From positions 1 through 31,962 of the forward strand of contig JAHJMH010000019.1 of the NCBI GenBank assembly GCA_018821425.1: 31,962 nt of DNA, given 5' to 3'. Below, piece by piece: positions 9,023-18,329 of the stretch. A model generated the notes under the pieces. That model had not been told where the DNA came from. It saw only the letters and a list, made by a program, of their open reading frames with translations, and did no database searches. Origin of the DNA: Nanobdellota archaeon (GTDB taxonomy: Archaea; Nanobdellota; Nanobdellia; Pacearchaeales; GW2011-AR1). A program made the position numbers and the translations under genes. Every line of letters begins with the position of its first letter. Position 1 is the first letter of the stretch.

Positions 9023-9069
9023 AGCTGCGGCAGAGGACTGATGATGTTTATGTGATTTGGAGTCGTTAA
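9003..9069 (+). pseudogene. Diverged duplicate of the kae1 3' end
   Basis: Reads LREVAI/KLRQRTDDVYVIWSR* (one extra base) versus Kae1 LADLDIKPRQRTDDVEVDWR*. 19-bp exact match between 9029-9047 and 8098-8116. Confidence 0.8.
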
Positions 9070-9108
9070 CAAGAAAACTTTATAAACCAATTTTTTCTCA
9101 GTAATACA

Positions 9109-9136
9109 TCCGATGAACGAATGTGTTTCGTGAGGA
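9109..9136 (+). promoter_or_regulatory. Kink-turn in the rpl7ae 5' UTR (autoregulatory site)
   Basis: UCC-GAU-GA-ACGAA-loop-UUCGU-GA-GGA: 3-bp C stem, 3-nt bulge, tandem G.A/A.G pairs, 5-bp NC stem. TATA TTTATAAA at 9080. Confidence 0.8.
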
Positions 9137-9163
9137 ATAATATTCGTTCTTGGTTAAATTAAA

Positions 9164-9484
9164 ATGGCAGACATATACACAATAGTTGAGAAAGCGAGAA
9201 GAACCGGAAAAGTTGAGAAAGGAACAAACGAAGTTACGAAGGCAATAGAACGTGGCACGGCTAAACTTGTTGTTTACGCTGCTGATGTTGAGCCGAAAGA
9301 GATTGTTCAGCATCTTGCGGTTTTATGCAAAGAGAAAAACATCTTATGTCAGGAAGCAGACAGTAAGCAAAAACTTGGTATTGCTGTTGGAATTCCTGTT
9401 GCTGCTTCTTCAATTGCAGTTATTGAACTTGGAGACGCAAAACAAGATGTGGCTAGTTTAGAGAAAGGGACAAAAGCAACTTAG
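9164..9484 (+). CDS. rpl7ae: 50S ribosomal protein L7Ae
   Basis: KGTNEVTKAIERGTAKLVVYAADVEPKEIV.HL. Confidence 0.95.
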   Translation: MADIYTIVEKARRTGKVEKGTNEVTKAIERGTAKLVVYAADVEPKEIVQHLAVLCKEKNILCQEADSKQKLGIAVGIPVAASSIAVIELGDAKQDVASLEKGTKAT

Positions 9485-9502
9485 TTTGTTTATATTTTTA
9501 AA

Positions 9503-9814
9503 ATGGCGAAGACACAAAAACCCAACGAAAATTCCAAGGAGGGAAGGCAGCAGAAACAAGCCGGGTCTAAAGGAAGTGACAAAATTCTCGGAGTTGTAGC
9601 ACCGGCTTTGGTTGAAGAAATTATTGGAAGAACTGGATTTAGGGGAGAAGTTACGCAAGTCAGATGCCAAGTTATGGATGGTAGAGATAAGGGAAGATCA
9701 ATGAGAAGAAATGTTAGAGGTCCTGTAAGAATTGGAGATTATCTTATGCTTAGGGAAACGGAGATTGAAGCAAGAAAAATAAAATCAAAAGTTTCAAAGG
9801 GGGCTTATACTTAA
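9503..9814 (+). CDS. rps28e: 30S ribosomal protein S28e with an N-terminal extension
   Basis: [18 protein letters not shown]...[22 protein letters not shown]. Confidence 0.95.
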   Translation: MAKTQKPNENSKEGRQQKQAGSKGSDKILGVVAPALVEEIIGRTGFRGEVTQVRCQVMDGRDKGRSMRRNVRGPVRIGDYLMLRETEIEARKIKSKVSKGAYT

Positions 9815-10000
9815 ATGCCTAAATGTGTTTATTGCGGAACTCAATATGAATTTCCAAGAGGTTTGACGCTTGTCACAAATGACGGAACTCCAAATTATCT
9901 TTGTTCTTCAAAATGCAGAAAGAATATGAAAATGAAGCGTAGAAAAGTCCGTTGGGTTTCAAAAAAACAGAAATCTGAAAGGGAAAAACCTAAGGCTTAA
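9815..10000 (+). CDS. rpl24e: 50S ribosomal protein L24e
   Basis: C..CG.....PRG.......G....CSSKC.KN...R..RW. Confidence 0.95.
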   Translation: MPKCVYCGTQYEFPRGLTLVTNDGTPNYLCSSKCRKNMKMKRRKVRWVSKKQKSEREKPKA

Positions 10001-10057
10001 AAATCTGTAAAATTTCTATCAATTTTTCTTTTTACCGACGATAAAACCCCGAAAAGA

Positions 10058-10065
10058 TTTATAAA
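10058..10065 (+). promoter_or_regulatory. TATA box of gyrB, with a purine-rich BRE upstream
   Basis: GAAAAGA-TTTATAAA about 60 bp upstream of the ATG. Confidence 0.6.
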
Positions 10066-10121
10066 CCACGTTTGCTTTTTTGATATAGTTAGATTAAAAT
10101 TCTAAACTAAAATACGACAAA

Positions 10122-12011
10122 ATGACTCAAAAAAAATCTGATTATAGTGGCGGAGATATCCAAGTACTTGAAGGGCTTGAGGGAGTTAGAAAAAGACCGT
10201 CAATGTATATCGGGTCTACTGGAAAAGAAGGATTGCATCATATGATTTATGAGATTGTTGATAATTCGGTTGATGAAGCTTTGGCGGGATATTGCACCGA
10301 TATTAATGTTACGCTTAACAAGGATGGCTCCGTGATTGTTGTTGATGATGGTCGTGGGATTCCAGTTGACATTCACCCAACTCAGAAAATACCTGCAGTT
10401 CAGGTTGCTCTTACTAAACTTCACGCAGGAGGAAAATTTGACAAGAAATCATATCAAATTTCAGGAGGACTCCATGGTGTTGGAGTTTCTGTTGTTAATG
10501 CTCTTTCAAAAAAACTTGTTATAGAAGTGAGGAGGGATGGGAAGGTTCATAGACAGGAATATTCTCGGGGATTAGCTAAGACAAAACTAGAAGTTGTTGG
10601 GAAGACTGAAGACACTGGGACCACTGTGACTTTTTGGCCAGACCCTGAAATTTTTTCAACTGTTGATTTTGATTACAAGATTCTTGAGACAAGATTTAGG
10701 GAAGTTGTTTTTCTTAACACTGGATTGAAGATAATTCTTATTGATGAGAAATCGGGAAAGAAGCAAGAGTTCTTTTCTTCTGGTGGACTTATTGAATTTG
10801 TGAAGTGGATTAATAAATCAAAAGAAGTTCTTCACAGCAGTCCGGTTTATTTTAAGAAAGAATCTGGAGACACGATTATAGAAGTCGCGGTTCAGTACAA
10901 TCAAGGATATCAGGAGAATATTTTTGGCTTTGTTAATACTATAAATACTGTTGAAGGGGGGACTCATGTTTCCGGATTCAAGACTGCTCTCACGAGGGCC
11001 ATCAACGATTACGCAAGGAAGAAAGGTTTGCTTAAGGACGGTTCGCTTTCCGGCGACGATGTTCGCGAAGGTTTGACTGCGATAATAAGCATTAAACTTC
11101 CGGACCCGCAGTTTGAAGGTCAGACAAAAACAAAACTTGGAAATTCTGAAATAAAGGGGATTGTCGATTCTGCGGTTTCTACTGCGCTCTCTGAATTTTT
11201 TGAGGAAAATCCAAACGTTGCGAAAAAGATAACGACAAAAGTTTTGGAATCTGCGCGAGCGAGACTTGCTGCTCGAAAAGCGCGTGATTTAGTCAGAAGA
11301 AAAAATGCATTTTCTCTTGGGGGTCTTCCTGGAAAACTTACAGATTGTTCGAGCAAGAAAAAAGAAAGCACTGAATTGTATCTTGTTGAAGGAATGTCTG
11401 CTGGAGGTTCGGCCAAAGATGCTCGTGATAAGGAGACGCAGGCAATTCTCCCATTAAAGGGAAAAATTTTGAATGTTGAAAAGGCGAATCCCGTGAAGTC
11501 GCTTTCAAGCGAAGAGATTGCGAATATGATTACTGCCGTCGGGACGGGAGTTGGCGAACAGTTCGATATGAACCGGTTAAGATACAATAAACTCGTAATT
11601 ATGGCCGATGCCGATGTCGACGGTGAACACATTAAAACTTTAATGTTGACTTTCTTTTTCAGATTCATGCCACAACTTATTGAGGCGGGTCACGTTTATG
11701 CTGCTTGGCCCCCACTTTACAAAATTAGGAAAGGACAAAAGGACTATTATGTCTATTCGGATGAAGAACTGAAAAAAGCTACAGATAAACTTGGACCGGT
11801 GAGCGTCACAAGATTCAAAGGTCTTGGAGAAATGAATCCCCAACAGCTTTGGGATACGACGATGAATCCTAAGACAAGAAAAATCAAAAAGATTTTTATC
11901 GAGGATGCGGTCGAAGCCGACAGAGTTTTTTCGATGTTGATGGGCGATGACGTTCCCGCGAGAAAAGCATTCATACAAGAAAACGCGCAAGAAGCGCAAC
12001 TGGACGTTTAA
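10122..12011 (+). CDS. gyrB: DNA gyrase subunit B
   Basis: EIVDNSVDE, DDGRGIP, LHAGGKF, SGGLHGVG, PLKGKILN, MADADVDG.H, RFKGLGEM. Confidence 0.97.
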   Translation: MTQKKSDYSGGDIQVLEGLEGVRKRPSMYIGSTGKEGLHHMIYEIVDNSVDEALAGYCTDINVTLNKDGSVIVVDDGRGIPVDIHPTQKIPAVQVALTKLHAGGKFDKKSYQISGGLHGVGVSVVNALSKKLVIEVRRDGKVHRQEYSRGLAKTKLEVVGKTEDTGTTVTFWPDPEIFSTVDFDYKILETRFREVVFLNTGLKIILIDEKSGKKQEFFSSGGLIEFVKWINKSKEVLHSSPVYFKKESGDTIIEVAVQYNQGYQENIFGFVNTINTVEGGTHVSGFKTALTRAINDYARKKGLLKDGSLSGDDVREGLTAIISIKLPDPQFEGQTKTKLGNSEIKGIVDSAVSTALSEFFEENPNVAKKITTKVLESARARLAARKARDLVRRKNAFSLGGLPGKLTDCSSKKKESTELYLVEGMSAGGSAKDARDKETQAILPLKGKILNVEKANPVKSLSSEEIANMITAVGTGVGEQFDMNRLRYNKLVIMADADVDGEHIKTLMLTFFFRFMPQLIEAGHVYAAWPPLYKIRKGQKDYYVYSDEELKKATDKLGPVSVTRFKGLGEMNPQQLWDTTMNPKTRKIKKIFIEDAVEADRVFSMLMGDDVPARKAFIQENAQEAQLDV

Positions 12012-12012
12012 A

Positions 12013-12309
12013 ATGAAAGGAAAATTATCAACACCTGATTGGATAAGAGAAGGTTTTGATAGCAAGGCGGATTGGGAAAAAGCACAAGGAAAAAAAAGTT
12101 CGAGTAAGAAAGCGGGAAAAACATTTAAGGTTAAAGTTTGTCCGAAGTGCGATGGCAACGATGTGAAAGTTGTTATTGATGGAAAGGAAAACGGAAGCGC
12201 GAAAGATTGGGAGTGTAAATCATGTTCATGGACTGGGAAGGGCGTTAAAGAAAAAGAAATGAATGAGGACGAATTCATTGAATATATTGAAAAGATGGGG
12301 AAAAAATAA
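12013..12309 (+). CDS. Small zinc-ribbon protein
   Basis: CPKC...WECKSC. The real start is the aaaATG at 12013, directly after the gyrB stop. Confidence 0.75.
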   Translation: MKGKLSTPDWIREGFDSKADWEKAQGKKSSSKKAGKTFKVKVCPKCDGNDVKVVIDGKENGSAKDWECKSCSWTGKGVKEKEMNEDEFIEYIEKMGKK

Positions 12310-12671
12310 TGGAAGAAAAATTAATAAAAGTTTGGGATGAAGATTTTGATATTATCAAATCTAGAAAATCTTATGATGGTGCTTTTGCTAATATAACGAA
12401 TGGGGATGAGATAACTGTCATAATTGGGAAAAATAAAATTAATCAAGAGGATATTCTTGATATTGAAGGAGGCTGGAAATTAATTACATTCAATACAATT
12501 TTGGATTTTTCATTAACGGGATTTATTTCCAAAATCTCCTCGGTGCTAGCAGAAGAAAATATAAGCATATTTGTTATCTCTTCGTATTCCACCGACCATG
12601 TTCTTGTTAAAAAAGAAAATTTGGACAAAGCATTGGTTGTCTTGAAAAATTTGGAGATTGATATAAAATGA
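12309..12671 (+). CDS. ACT-domain protein
   Basis: DFSLTGFISKISSVLAEENISIFVISSYSTDHVLVK (ACT_7-type signature). Confidence 0.85.
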   Translation: MEEKLIKVWDEDFDIIKSRKSYDGAFANITNGDEITVIIGKNKINQEDILDIEGGWKLITFNTILDFSLTGFISKISSVLAEENISIFVISSYSTDHVLVKKENLDKALVVLKNLEIDIK

Positions 12672-15600
12672 CACCCGAAGAAAATAAAAAACAAGAAACG
12701 CAGAAAGAAGATCCCGCCCGCCCGCCCGCCGTGATTAGCGAAGACAAGAACGTAGTGAATACTGAAATTACTGCAGAGATGAAAAAGTCGTATCTTGATT
12801 ATGCTATGTCCGTTATAGTGTCGCGAGCGATTCCTGCGATTGAAGATGGGCTTAAGCCAGTTCAAAGAAGAATTCTTTACTCCATGTTGGGTCTTGGTTT
12901 GCAACCAAACAAACAGACTCGAAAATCTGCGAGAATTGTTGGAGATACTCTTGGTAAGTACCATCCTCACGGCGACCTTGCTGTTTATGAGGCAATGGTA
13001 AGAATGGCACAGAGTTTTACTCTTAGATATCCTCTCATTATTGGTCAAGGAAATTTCGGATGTTTTACAGAAGATACAGAGGTGAAATTAGTTGATGGAA
13101 GAAATTTATCTTTTTCAGAATTAATTGTAGAACATAAGCAAGGAAAGAGAAATTTTACATTTACCTTGGATGAAGATTTGAAAATAAAAATTGCAGAGAT
13201 TAAAAATCCGAGACTGACCAAAGAAAGTGAAGAGATTATGAAAGTTATGTTGGATAATGGCGAAGGAATAAAGTGTACGTTGAACCATAAATTTATGCTC
13301 AAGAATGGAACATATAAAGAAGCGCAGAATTTAAAGTCAGGGGATTCATTAATGCCTGTTTATGTAAAATTATCTACAGAGAAAGATAAGAGTAATCCAA
13401 AACTTCTTGGTTATAAAATGGTTTTCCAACCAAAAACAAATTCTTGGGATTTTTTACACATACTTTCAGATAACTGGAATTTAGAAAATGAGATTTACCA
13501 AAAATCTGAGGGGAGGATAAGGCACCATCTTGATTTTAATAAACTGAACAATAATCCAAGTAATATCCGGAGAATGCATTGGAAAGAGCATTGGAAAACC
13601 CATTATGATTTTACTTCTGAAAAACACAAGAATGACGAGGATTATAGAGAAAAATTAGCTGAGGGCAGAATGAGATTTTGGGCTAATCCTGAAAATAGAG
13701 AAGCATATTCTGAGAGGATGACTAAAAGAAATTTAAGAAATTGGAAGGAGGAAGATTATCAAGAAAAAATGAAAGTAATCTTAAGTGAAGTTAATAAAAA
13801 ATATCTAAAAGAACATCCTGAGAGGATAGAAGAAATTAGAAGAACAGCGTTGCTTACAATGAAAAGGATGTGGCAAACCCCAAAATATAAAAAATTGTTT
13901 AATGAAAAAATTATTGCTTCAAATAAAAAAAGAAAAACTAATTTAACAGGTAAAAAGAAATTTTTAACAATTTGCAATTATCTTAAGAATAATGGGCTTA
14001 TTCTTAATAAAAATAATTATGAAGAAATAAGAGATAAAATTTTCAAAATAAAAAGTTTTACTCAATGGGATTTAGGGATAACAAAATATTTTGGTGGAAA
14101 CCAAAATTTATTATTATGCGAGTTAAATCAAAATCACAAAGTTGTTGGGATAGAATTTTTAAGAGAACATAAAGATGTTTATGATTTAACTGTGGACAAA
14201 ACACATAATTTTGCATTGGCTTCCGGGGTGTTTGTTCATAATTCTGTTGACGGCGACCCTGCTGCGGCGCAAAGGTACACTGAAGCGAAGTTAGCCCCGA
14301 TCACAATGGATCTAATTGAAGATATTGATAAGGAAACGGTTAAATTCTCGCCTAATTTTGATGGTTCTATGAAGGAGCCGGACCTTCTTCCAGGGAAATT
14401 GCCCGCCCTTATGTTAAACGGCGCCTCGGGAATTGCAGTTGGAATGGCGACGAATATTCCGCCTCACAATCTTACAGAAGTTTGTGATGCGATTATTGCT
14501 TACGTAAAAAATTCTGATATAAGTATTGAGGAGCTCGCGAAAATTGTTACTGCTCCTGATTTCCCGACGGGGGGTTCTGTTTCCGGAGATATGCTCGAAC
14601 TTTACAAGACCGGAAGGGGAAAACTTATTTTGAGGGGAAAAACTAATACTGAGTCTTTGAAATCCAAGGACGCAATTGTGATTACTGAAATTCCTTACAT
14701 GTTGAATAAATCCACTTTGGTTACGCAGATTGCAGATATGGTTCAGAATAAAAAATTAAGAGACATTTCCGATATAAGGGACGAATCTTCGAAAGGGAAG
14801 ACAAGGATAGTCATTGAATTAAGAAAGGGGGCGAATTCTAAATTTGTTATTAATTCTCTTTACAAATACACGCGGCTCCAGGATTCTTTTAATGTGAATT
14901 TCCTTGCGCTGGTTAAAGGACGACCTCGCGTGATGACTCTTAGGGATGTTGTTAGAGAATATGTTGATTATAGAAAAAATATTATAACGAACAGAACTAA
15001 ATTTGATTTGAAGAAAGCTAAAGATAGAATTGAGATTGTTCTTGGGTTACTAAAGGCGTTGAAAGATATTGATGCTATTATCAAATTTATAAAGGCTTCC
15101 AAGAATTCTGTGGATGCTCTCGAAGGTCTTCTTAAGAAATTTGGTTTCACAAGGAGACAGGCACAGGCTGTTCTTGAAACGCGACTTCAACAGCTCACAA
15201 GTTTGGAACATGGCAAACTTCAGAAAGAACAGGATGAATTAAATTTGAAAATTTCTGAATTTGAGAAGATACTCGGGGATGTGAAAGAAATTTTGAAAGT
15301 TATCGTTCGTGAAGTTAATGAATTAAAGAAGAATTATGGAGATAACCGAAGGACTACGGTTCTGCAGAGAATGAGTGAGATTTCAGAAAAGGATCTTGTT
15401 CAGAAAAAAGAAGTTGTTGTTACGATAACGGAGAAGGGCTATTGCAAGAGAATGGATGTTAAATCTTACAGGGAACAGCGACGTGGGGGTAGGGGAGTTA
15501 TTGGAAGCGGTCTTGCAACAGGAGATTTTGTAAGGCAGCTTATTACTTGTTCAACTTATGATTACTTAATGTTCTTCACGACGAGGGGAAAAGTTTTATG

Positions 15601-16339
15601 GTTGAAGGCTTACGATATTCCGGAAGCAGAAAGATACAGCAAGGGAAAATCTCTCGCGAATCTTCTTAGTTTGAAAGATGAAACTGTTTCGAGCGTTATA
15701 TCTGTGAGCAAGTTTGAGGACTTCCTTTTCATGGCAACGAAAAAAGGAATTGTTAAAAGAATCTCCTTGGAGAATTTCTCAAGGCCGAGAGCTTCAGGTT
15801 TGCGCGCGATTAATCTTCCTGCTGACAATTCGGACGAGTTGATTGAAGTTCAAGTTATGAAAAAAGGCGACGAGGTTCTTCTTGCTACGAGGAAAGGTCA
15901 AGCAATAAGATTTAACAGTAATGATGTTAGGGATATGGGTCGCGCAAGTTATGGGGTCAATGGAATAAGATTGGGTAAGGATGATGAAGTTGTCAGTCTT
16001 GAATTGTTGGGAACTAAAGAAGTTTTGACTATCACAAAGAATGGATATGGAAAGCAAACAAAAGTTCAGGATTATAGAAAAACAGCGAGAGCAGGGAAGG
16101 GTGTTATGAACTTGAAAGTTTCGGAAAAAACGGGCGAGGTTGTTACGACGGTTTCAACACAGCCAAGTGATTCAATAATCATTACGACAGCGAAGGGAAT
16201 GGTCATAAGAACTTCTCTAAAGAATATAAGAGTGATGGGTCGCGCGACTCAAGGGGTTCGTGTAGTTAAGTTGTCGCCAGGAGACAGCGTTACTGATTTG
16301 ATAAAGGTTCATGAGAATGGTGAAGAAATAGTTGAATAG
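12668..16339 (+). CDS. gyrA: DNA gyrase subunit A containing a 394-aa intein (mature protein about 829 aa)
   Basis: DGLKPVQRR, KYHPHGD, AQRYTE (catalytic Tyr), GyrA-box QRRGGRG, beta-pinwheel repeats. Confidence 0.97.
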   Translation: MTPEENKKQETQKEDPARPPAVISEDKNVVNTEITAEMKKSYLDYAMSVIVSRAIPAIEDGLKPVQRRILYSMLGLGLQPNKQTRKSARIVGDTLGKYHPHGDLAVYEAMVRMAQSFTLRYPLIIGQGNFGCFTEDTEVKLVDGRNLSFSELIVEHKQGKRNFTFTLDEDLKIKIAEIKNPRLTKESEEIMKVMLDNGEGIKCTLNHKFMLKNGTYKEAQNLKSGDSLMPVYVKLSTEKDKSNPKLLGYKMVFQPKTNSWDFLHILSDNWNLENEIYQKSEGRIRHHLDFNKLNNNPSNIRRMHWKEHWKTHYDFTSEKHKNDEDYREKLAEGRMRFWANPENREAYSERMTKRNLRNWKEEDYQEKMKVILSEVNKKYLKEHPERIEEIRRTALLTMKRMWQTPKYKKLFNEKIIASNKKRKTNLTGKKKFLTICNYLKNNGLILNKNNYEEIRDKIFKIKSFTQWDLGITKYFGGNQNLLLCELNQNHKVVGIEFLREHKDVYDLTVDKTHNFALASGVFVHNSVDGDPAAAQRYTEAKLAPITMDLIEDIDKETVKFSPNFDGSMKEPDLLPGKLPALMLNGASGIAVGMATNIPPHNLTEVCDAIIAYVKNSDISIEELAKIVTAPDFPTGGSVSGDMLELYKTGRGKLILRGKTNTESLKSKDAIVITEIPYMLNKSTLVTQIADMVQNKKLRDISDIRDESSKGKTRIVIELRKGANSKFVINSLYKYTRLQDSFNVNFLALVKGRPRVMTLRDVVREYVDYRKNIITNRTKFDLKKAKDRIEIVLGLLKALKDIDAIIKFIKASKNSVDALEGLLKKFGFTRRQAQAVLETRLQQLTSLEHGKLQKEQDELNLKISEFEKILGDVKEILKVIVREVNELKKNYGDNRRTTVLQRMSEISEKDLVQKKEVVVTITEKGYCKRMDVKSYREQRRGGRGVIGSGLATGDFVRQLITCSTYDYLMFFTTRGKVLWLKAYDIPEAERYSKGKSLANLLSLKDETVSSVISVSKFEDFLFMATKKGIVKRISLENFSRPRASGLRAINLPADNSDELIEVQVMKKGDEVLLATRKGQAIRFNSNDVRDMGRASYGVNGIRLGKDDEVVSLELLGTKEVLTITKNGYGKQTKVQDYRKTARAGKGVMNLKVSEKTGEVVTTVSTQPSDSIIITTAKGMVIRTSLKNIRVMGRATQGVRVVKLSPGDSVTDLIKVHENGEEIVE
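13061..14242 (+). mobile_element. Intein with an HNH-type homing endonuclease
   Basis: Block A CFTEDT, block B CTLNH, block F VYDLTV...HNF, block G VFVHN|S. Internal RHHLDFNKLNNNPSNI..MHWKEH. Splits GNFG|SVDGD. Confidence 0.92.
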
Positions 16340-16370
16340 AATGGAAAGGCAGTCTTTAACTGAAAAAAAG

Positions 16371-16440
16371 GTGCGCGCTTCGCGCGATTGATGTTGCTCC
16401 GAAATGCCTCGAACGCCGGCGGGCACGAAGTTTCTCCGTG
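16371..16440. repeat. GC-rich REP-like palindromic sequence after gyrA
   Basis: gcgcgcttcgcgcg hairpin, similar to cgctcgcttc at 92-101 and 1101-1120. Confidence 0.4.
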
Positions 16441-16542
16441 AGAATATACCTAACATAAAAAACTCCAATGAGATTAAATAACAATTGACTCGTTAGGCTC
16501 ACATATTAATTAAAGATAACTTAAACAGCATGAATATTAGAA

Positions 16543-17664
16543 TTATTTATTCTCTTGCTTTAGAGCATCTTCGTTTTCATCTTCCTCGTCTTCGGTTTCC
16601 AAAACAAGAATGTTATTTATATCCTCATCTGTAAGTGAAAAGAGTCTTTCTATTATTGCATTAACTATAACTTGTCTATTATCGCTGTCAATAATAAATT
16701 TCCACTCAAATTCAACTTCAGTTAAACCATCCTCAGACTCTATTTTAACTTTTAATTTATCTTTACTTTCAGGAGGCTCATCACTTTCACCAATTTTAAG
16801 CAGACTATTTATCTCTTCCGAACTTAATATTAATTTACTTAAAATTTCAGAAATCACATCATCTGTGTTTGTGATTTCAGTTTCAAACTCTAATTCAACT
16901 TCAATTTCAGAACTCCCATTTAGAGTTTCTACATTTATTTCCAATTCCTCGTCAATCTTAATGTCTCCGAATTTTTCTTCTAGTTCTTCATCATCAGATA
17001 CTATTTCGTCTTCTAAGGTTTCATTACCGACTATTTCATTTTTGTCAGCAATTTTTTCACCAGTTATTATGAATGCCCACCAAGGGGTATTAACATCTAT
17101 GATTTCTCCAGTTTCAGGATCTATTTGTGTTTGCACCTTCATTGAAAGTTTGATTATTCCTAAAAATCGCCCCGGATGTTCTGAGTTAATTTTGTAAACC
17201 ACTCTTGGGATATTTTTGTGCTCTATTTCATCAATTGAAAACTCCGTTATGTTATTTGCTTTTAATCTTTCCATTATTAGAACTCTAAGTTTTTCAGGAG
17301 TAACTCTTATTCTGTGCCTTTCTCCTTCTGAATCTACAATAGAAAGGTTTGCTCCATTACCCTCAACTTTTAATCTTGTTCTTATTTCTGTTTGACCATC
17401 TTTTACTCTTATTTTTCTTTCAGACCTAATTTCTTTTTCAACCTCACCCTCTATTACTCTTATTCTTGTCTCGGCTCTGACTCTTGCCGAATCATCATCA
17501 TCATCATCAGAGTTATCATTTGAGCTTCCCGAATTGTCTGCGGATGCGGCGTTTTCGGAATTGCCTATTCCCGCATTTACCGAATCGGCGAGAACAAATG
17601 AAGAATTAATTAGAATTCCGAATGCTAGAACTAATAACAAAGAAACTATCACAGCCCTTTTCAT
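16543..17664 (-). CDS. Secreted acidic hypothetical protein
   Basis: Signal peptide, Ser/Asp low-complexity stretch, central IDPETGE...PWWAF motif, very acidic C-half. Confidence 0.75.
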   Translation of the reverse strand: MKRAVIVSLLLVLAFGILINSSFVLADSVNAGIGNSENAASADNSGSSNDNSDDDDDDSARVRAETRIRVIEGEVEKEIRSERKIRVKDGQTEIRTRLKVEGNGANLSIVDSEGERHRIRVTPEKLRVLIMERLKANNITEFSIDEIEHKNIPRVVYKINSEHPGRFLGIIKLSMKVQTQIDPETGEIIDVNTPWWAFIITGEKIADKNEIVGNETLEDEIVSDDEELEEKFGDIKIDEELEINVETLNGSSEIEVELEFETEITNTDDVISEILSKLILSSEEINSLLKIGESDEPPESKDKLKVKIESEDGLTEVEFEWKFIIDSDNRQVIVNAIIERLFSLTDEDINNILVLETEDEEDENEDALKQENK

Positions 17665-17683
17665 AAAAGTATTATAGGATTAT

Positions 17684-17845
17684 ATCTTATAAACATTTCT
17701 TTCTCTATCTGAGAATTAAACAACGTCGCCCCAGCCAATTAATCGCCAGTGACCCTCGATGTTTCTCGCTATTCCGACTTATCTTCTTTCAGAATTACTA
17801 CTGGAATGTTTAAGATTACTTCGACTTCGTCACCAGATATTTTTT
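17684..17845 (-). repeat. Direct repeat copy A: duplicated eif2g 3' end (pseudo-fragment 17716-17845) plus downstream promoter
   Basis: Identical to 18530-18692 apart from a 1-bp deletion (cgac-ttatc versus cgaccttatc). Confidence 0.95.
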
Positions 17846-17892
17846 TGGTGGACTATAGAAAATTTTATATAATCGCCTTTTGTTAATCTAGT

Positions 17893-18087
17893 ATGGTTGA
17901 ATCAATAAGTCTCGAACAAGTTTATCAGAAATTGGAGGGTATAGAGTTGTTTATGAAAAAGTTTGAACAGCTTGCAGAAGATATGGAATTTGCGAGGAGG
18001 ACTGAAGAGGCTATTAGAAGGCATGAAGAAGGAAACTTCACTGAAATGGACTCAAAAGATTTTTTGAAAGAACTTGAAAAATGGTGA
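17893..18087 (+). CDS. Putative antitoxin of the RelE-family toxin
   Basis: 64 aa, acidic, overlaps the downstream relE; own TATA (TTTTATAT, about 17864). Confidence 0.7.
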   Translation: MVESISLEQVYQKLEGIELFMKKFEQLAEDMEFARRTEEAIRRHEEGNFTEMDSKDFLKELEKW

Positions 18088-18329
18088 GAGTTATTTATGA
18101 TGAAATTTTTAAACGAGCTGTTTCTAAAACGAAAGACTCATCTGTTCAGAAGAATATAAAAAATAAAATCTCAAAAATTATTGACAATCCAGAGGTTGGG
18201 AAGCCGATGGGTTACGGACGGAAAGGAACAAGGGAAGTTTATGTCGACTCTTTTCGCCTTTCTTATAGGTATACAAGAGAAAAAAACCTTGTGGAGTTCC
18301 TTGACTTTTATCATAAAGATAGACAATAA
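18081..18329 (+). CDS. RelE/ParE-family toxin
   Basis: I.KII.NP.VGKPM...RKG.REVYV..FRL.Y...H.D pattern. Confidence 0.85.
   Translation: MVRVIYDEIFKRAVSKTKDSSVQKNIKNKISKIIDNPEVGKPMGYGRKGTREVYVDSFRLSYRYTREKNLVEFLDFYHKDRQ

Noticed and set aside
5910-10040. CGTCGGT/ACCGACG motif near the promoters of the small basic gene and gyrB (also at 27344)
   Set aside because: Only 7-9 bp, with different orientation and spacing; one copy is simply the coding end of the DUF192 gene.
10122-16339. Topoisomerase IV rather than gyrase
   Set aside because: The GyrA-box (QRRGGRG) and a full C-terminal pinwheel are present.
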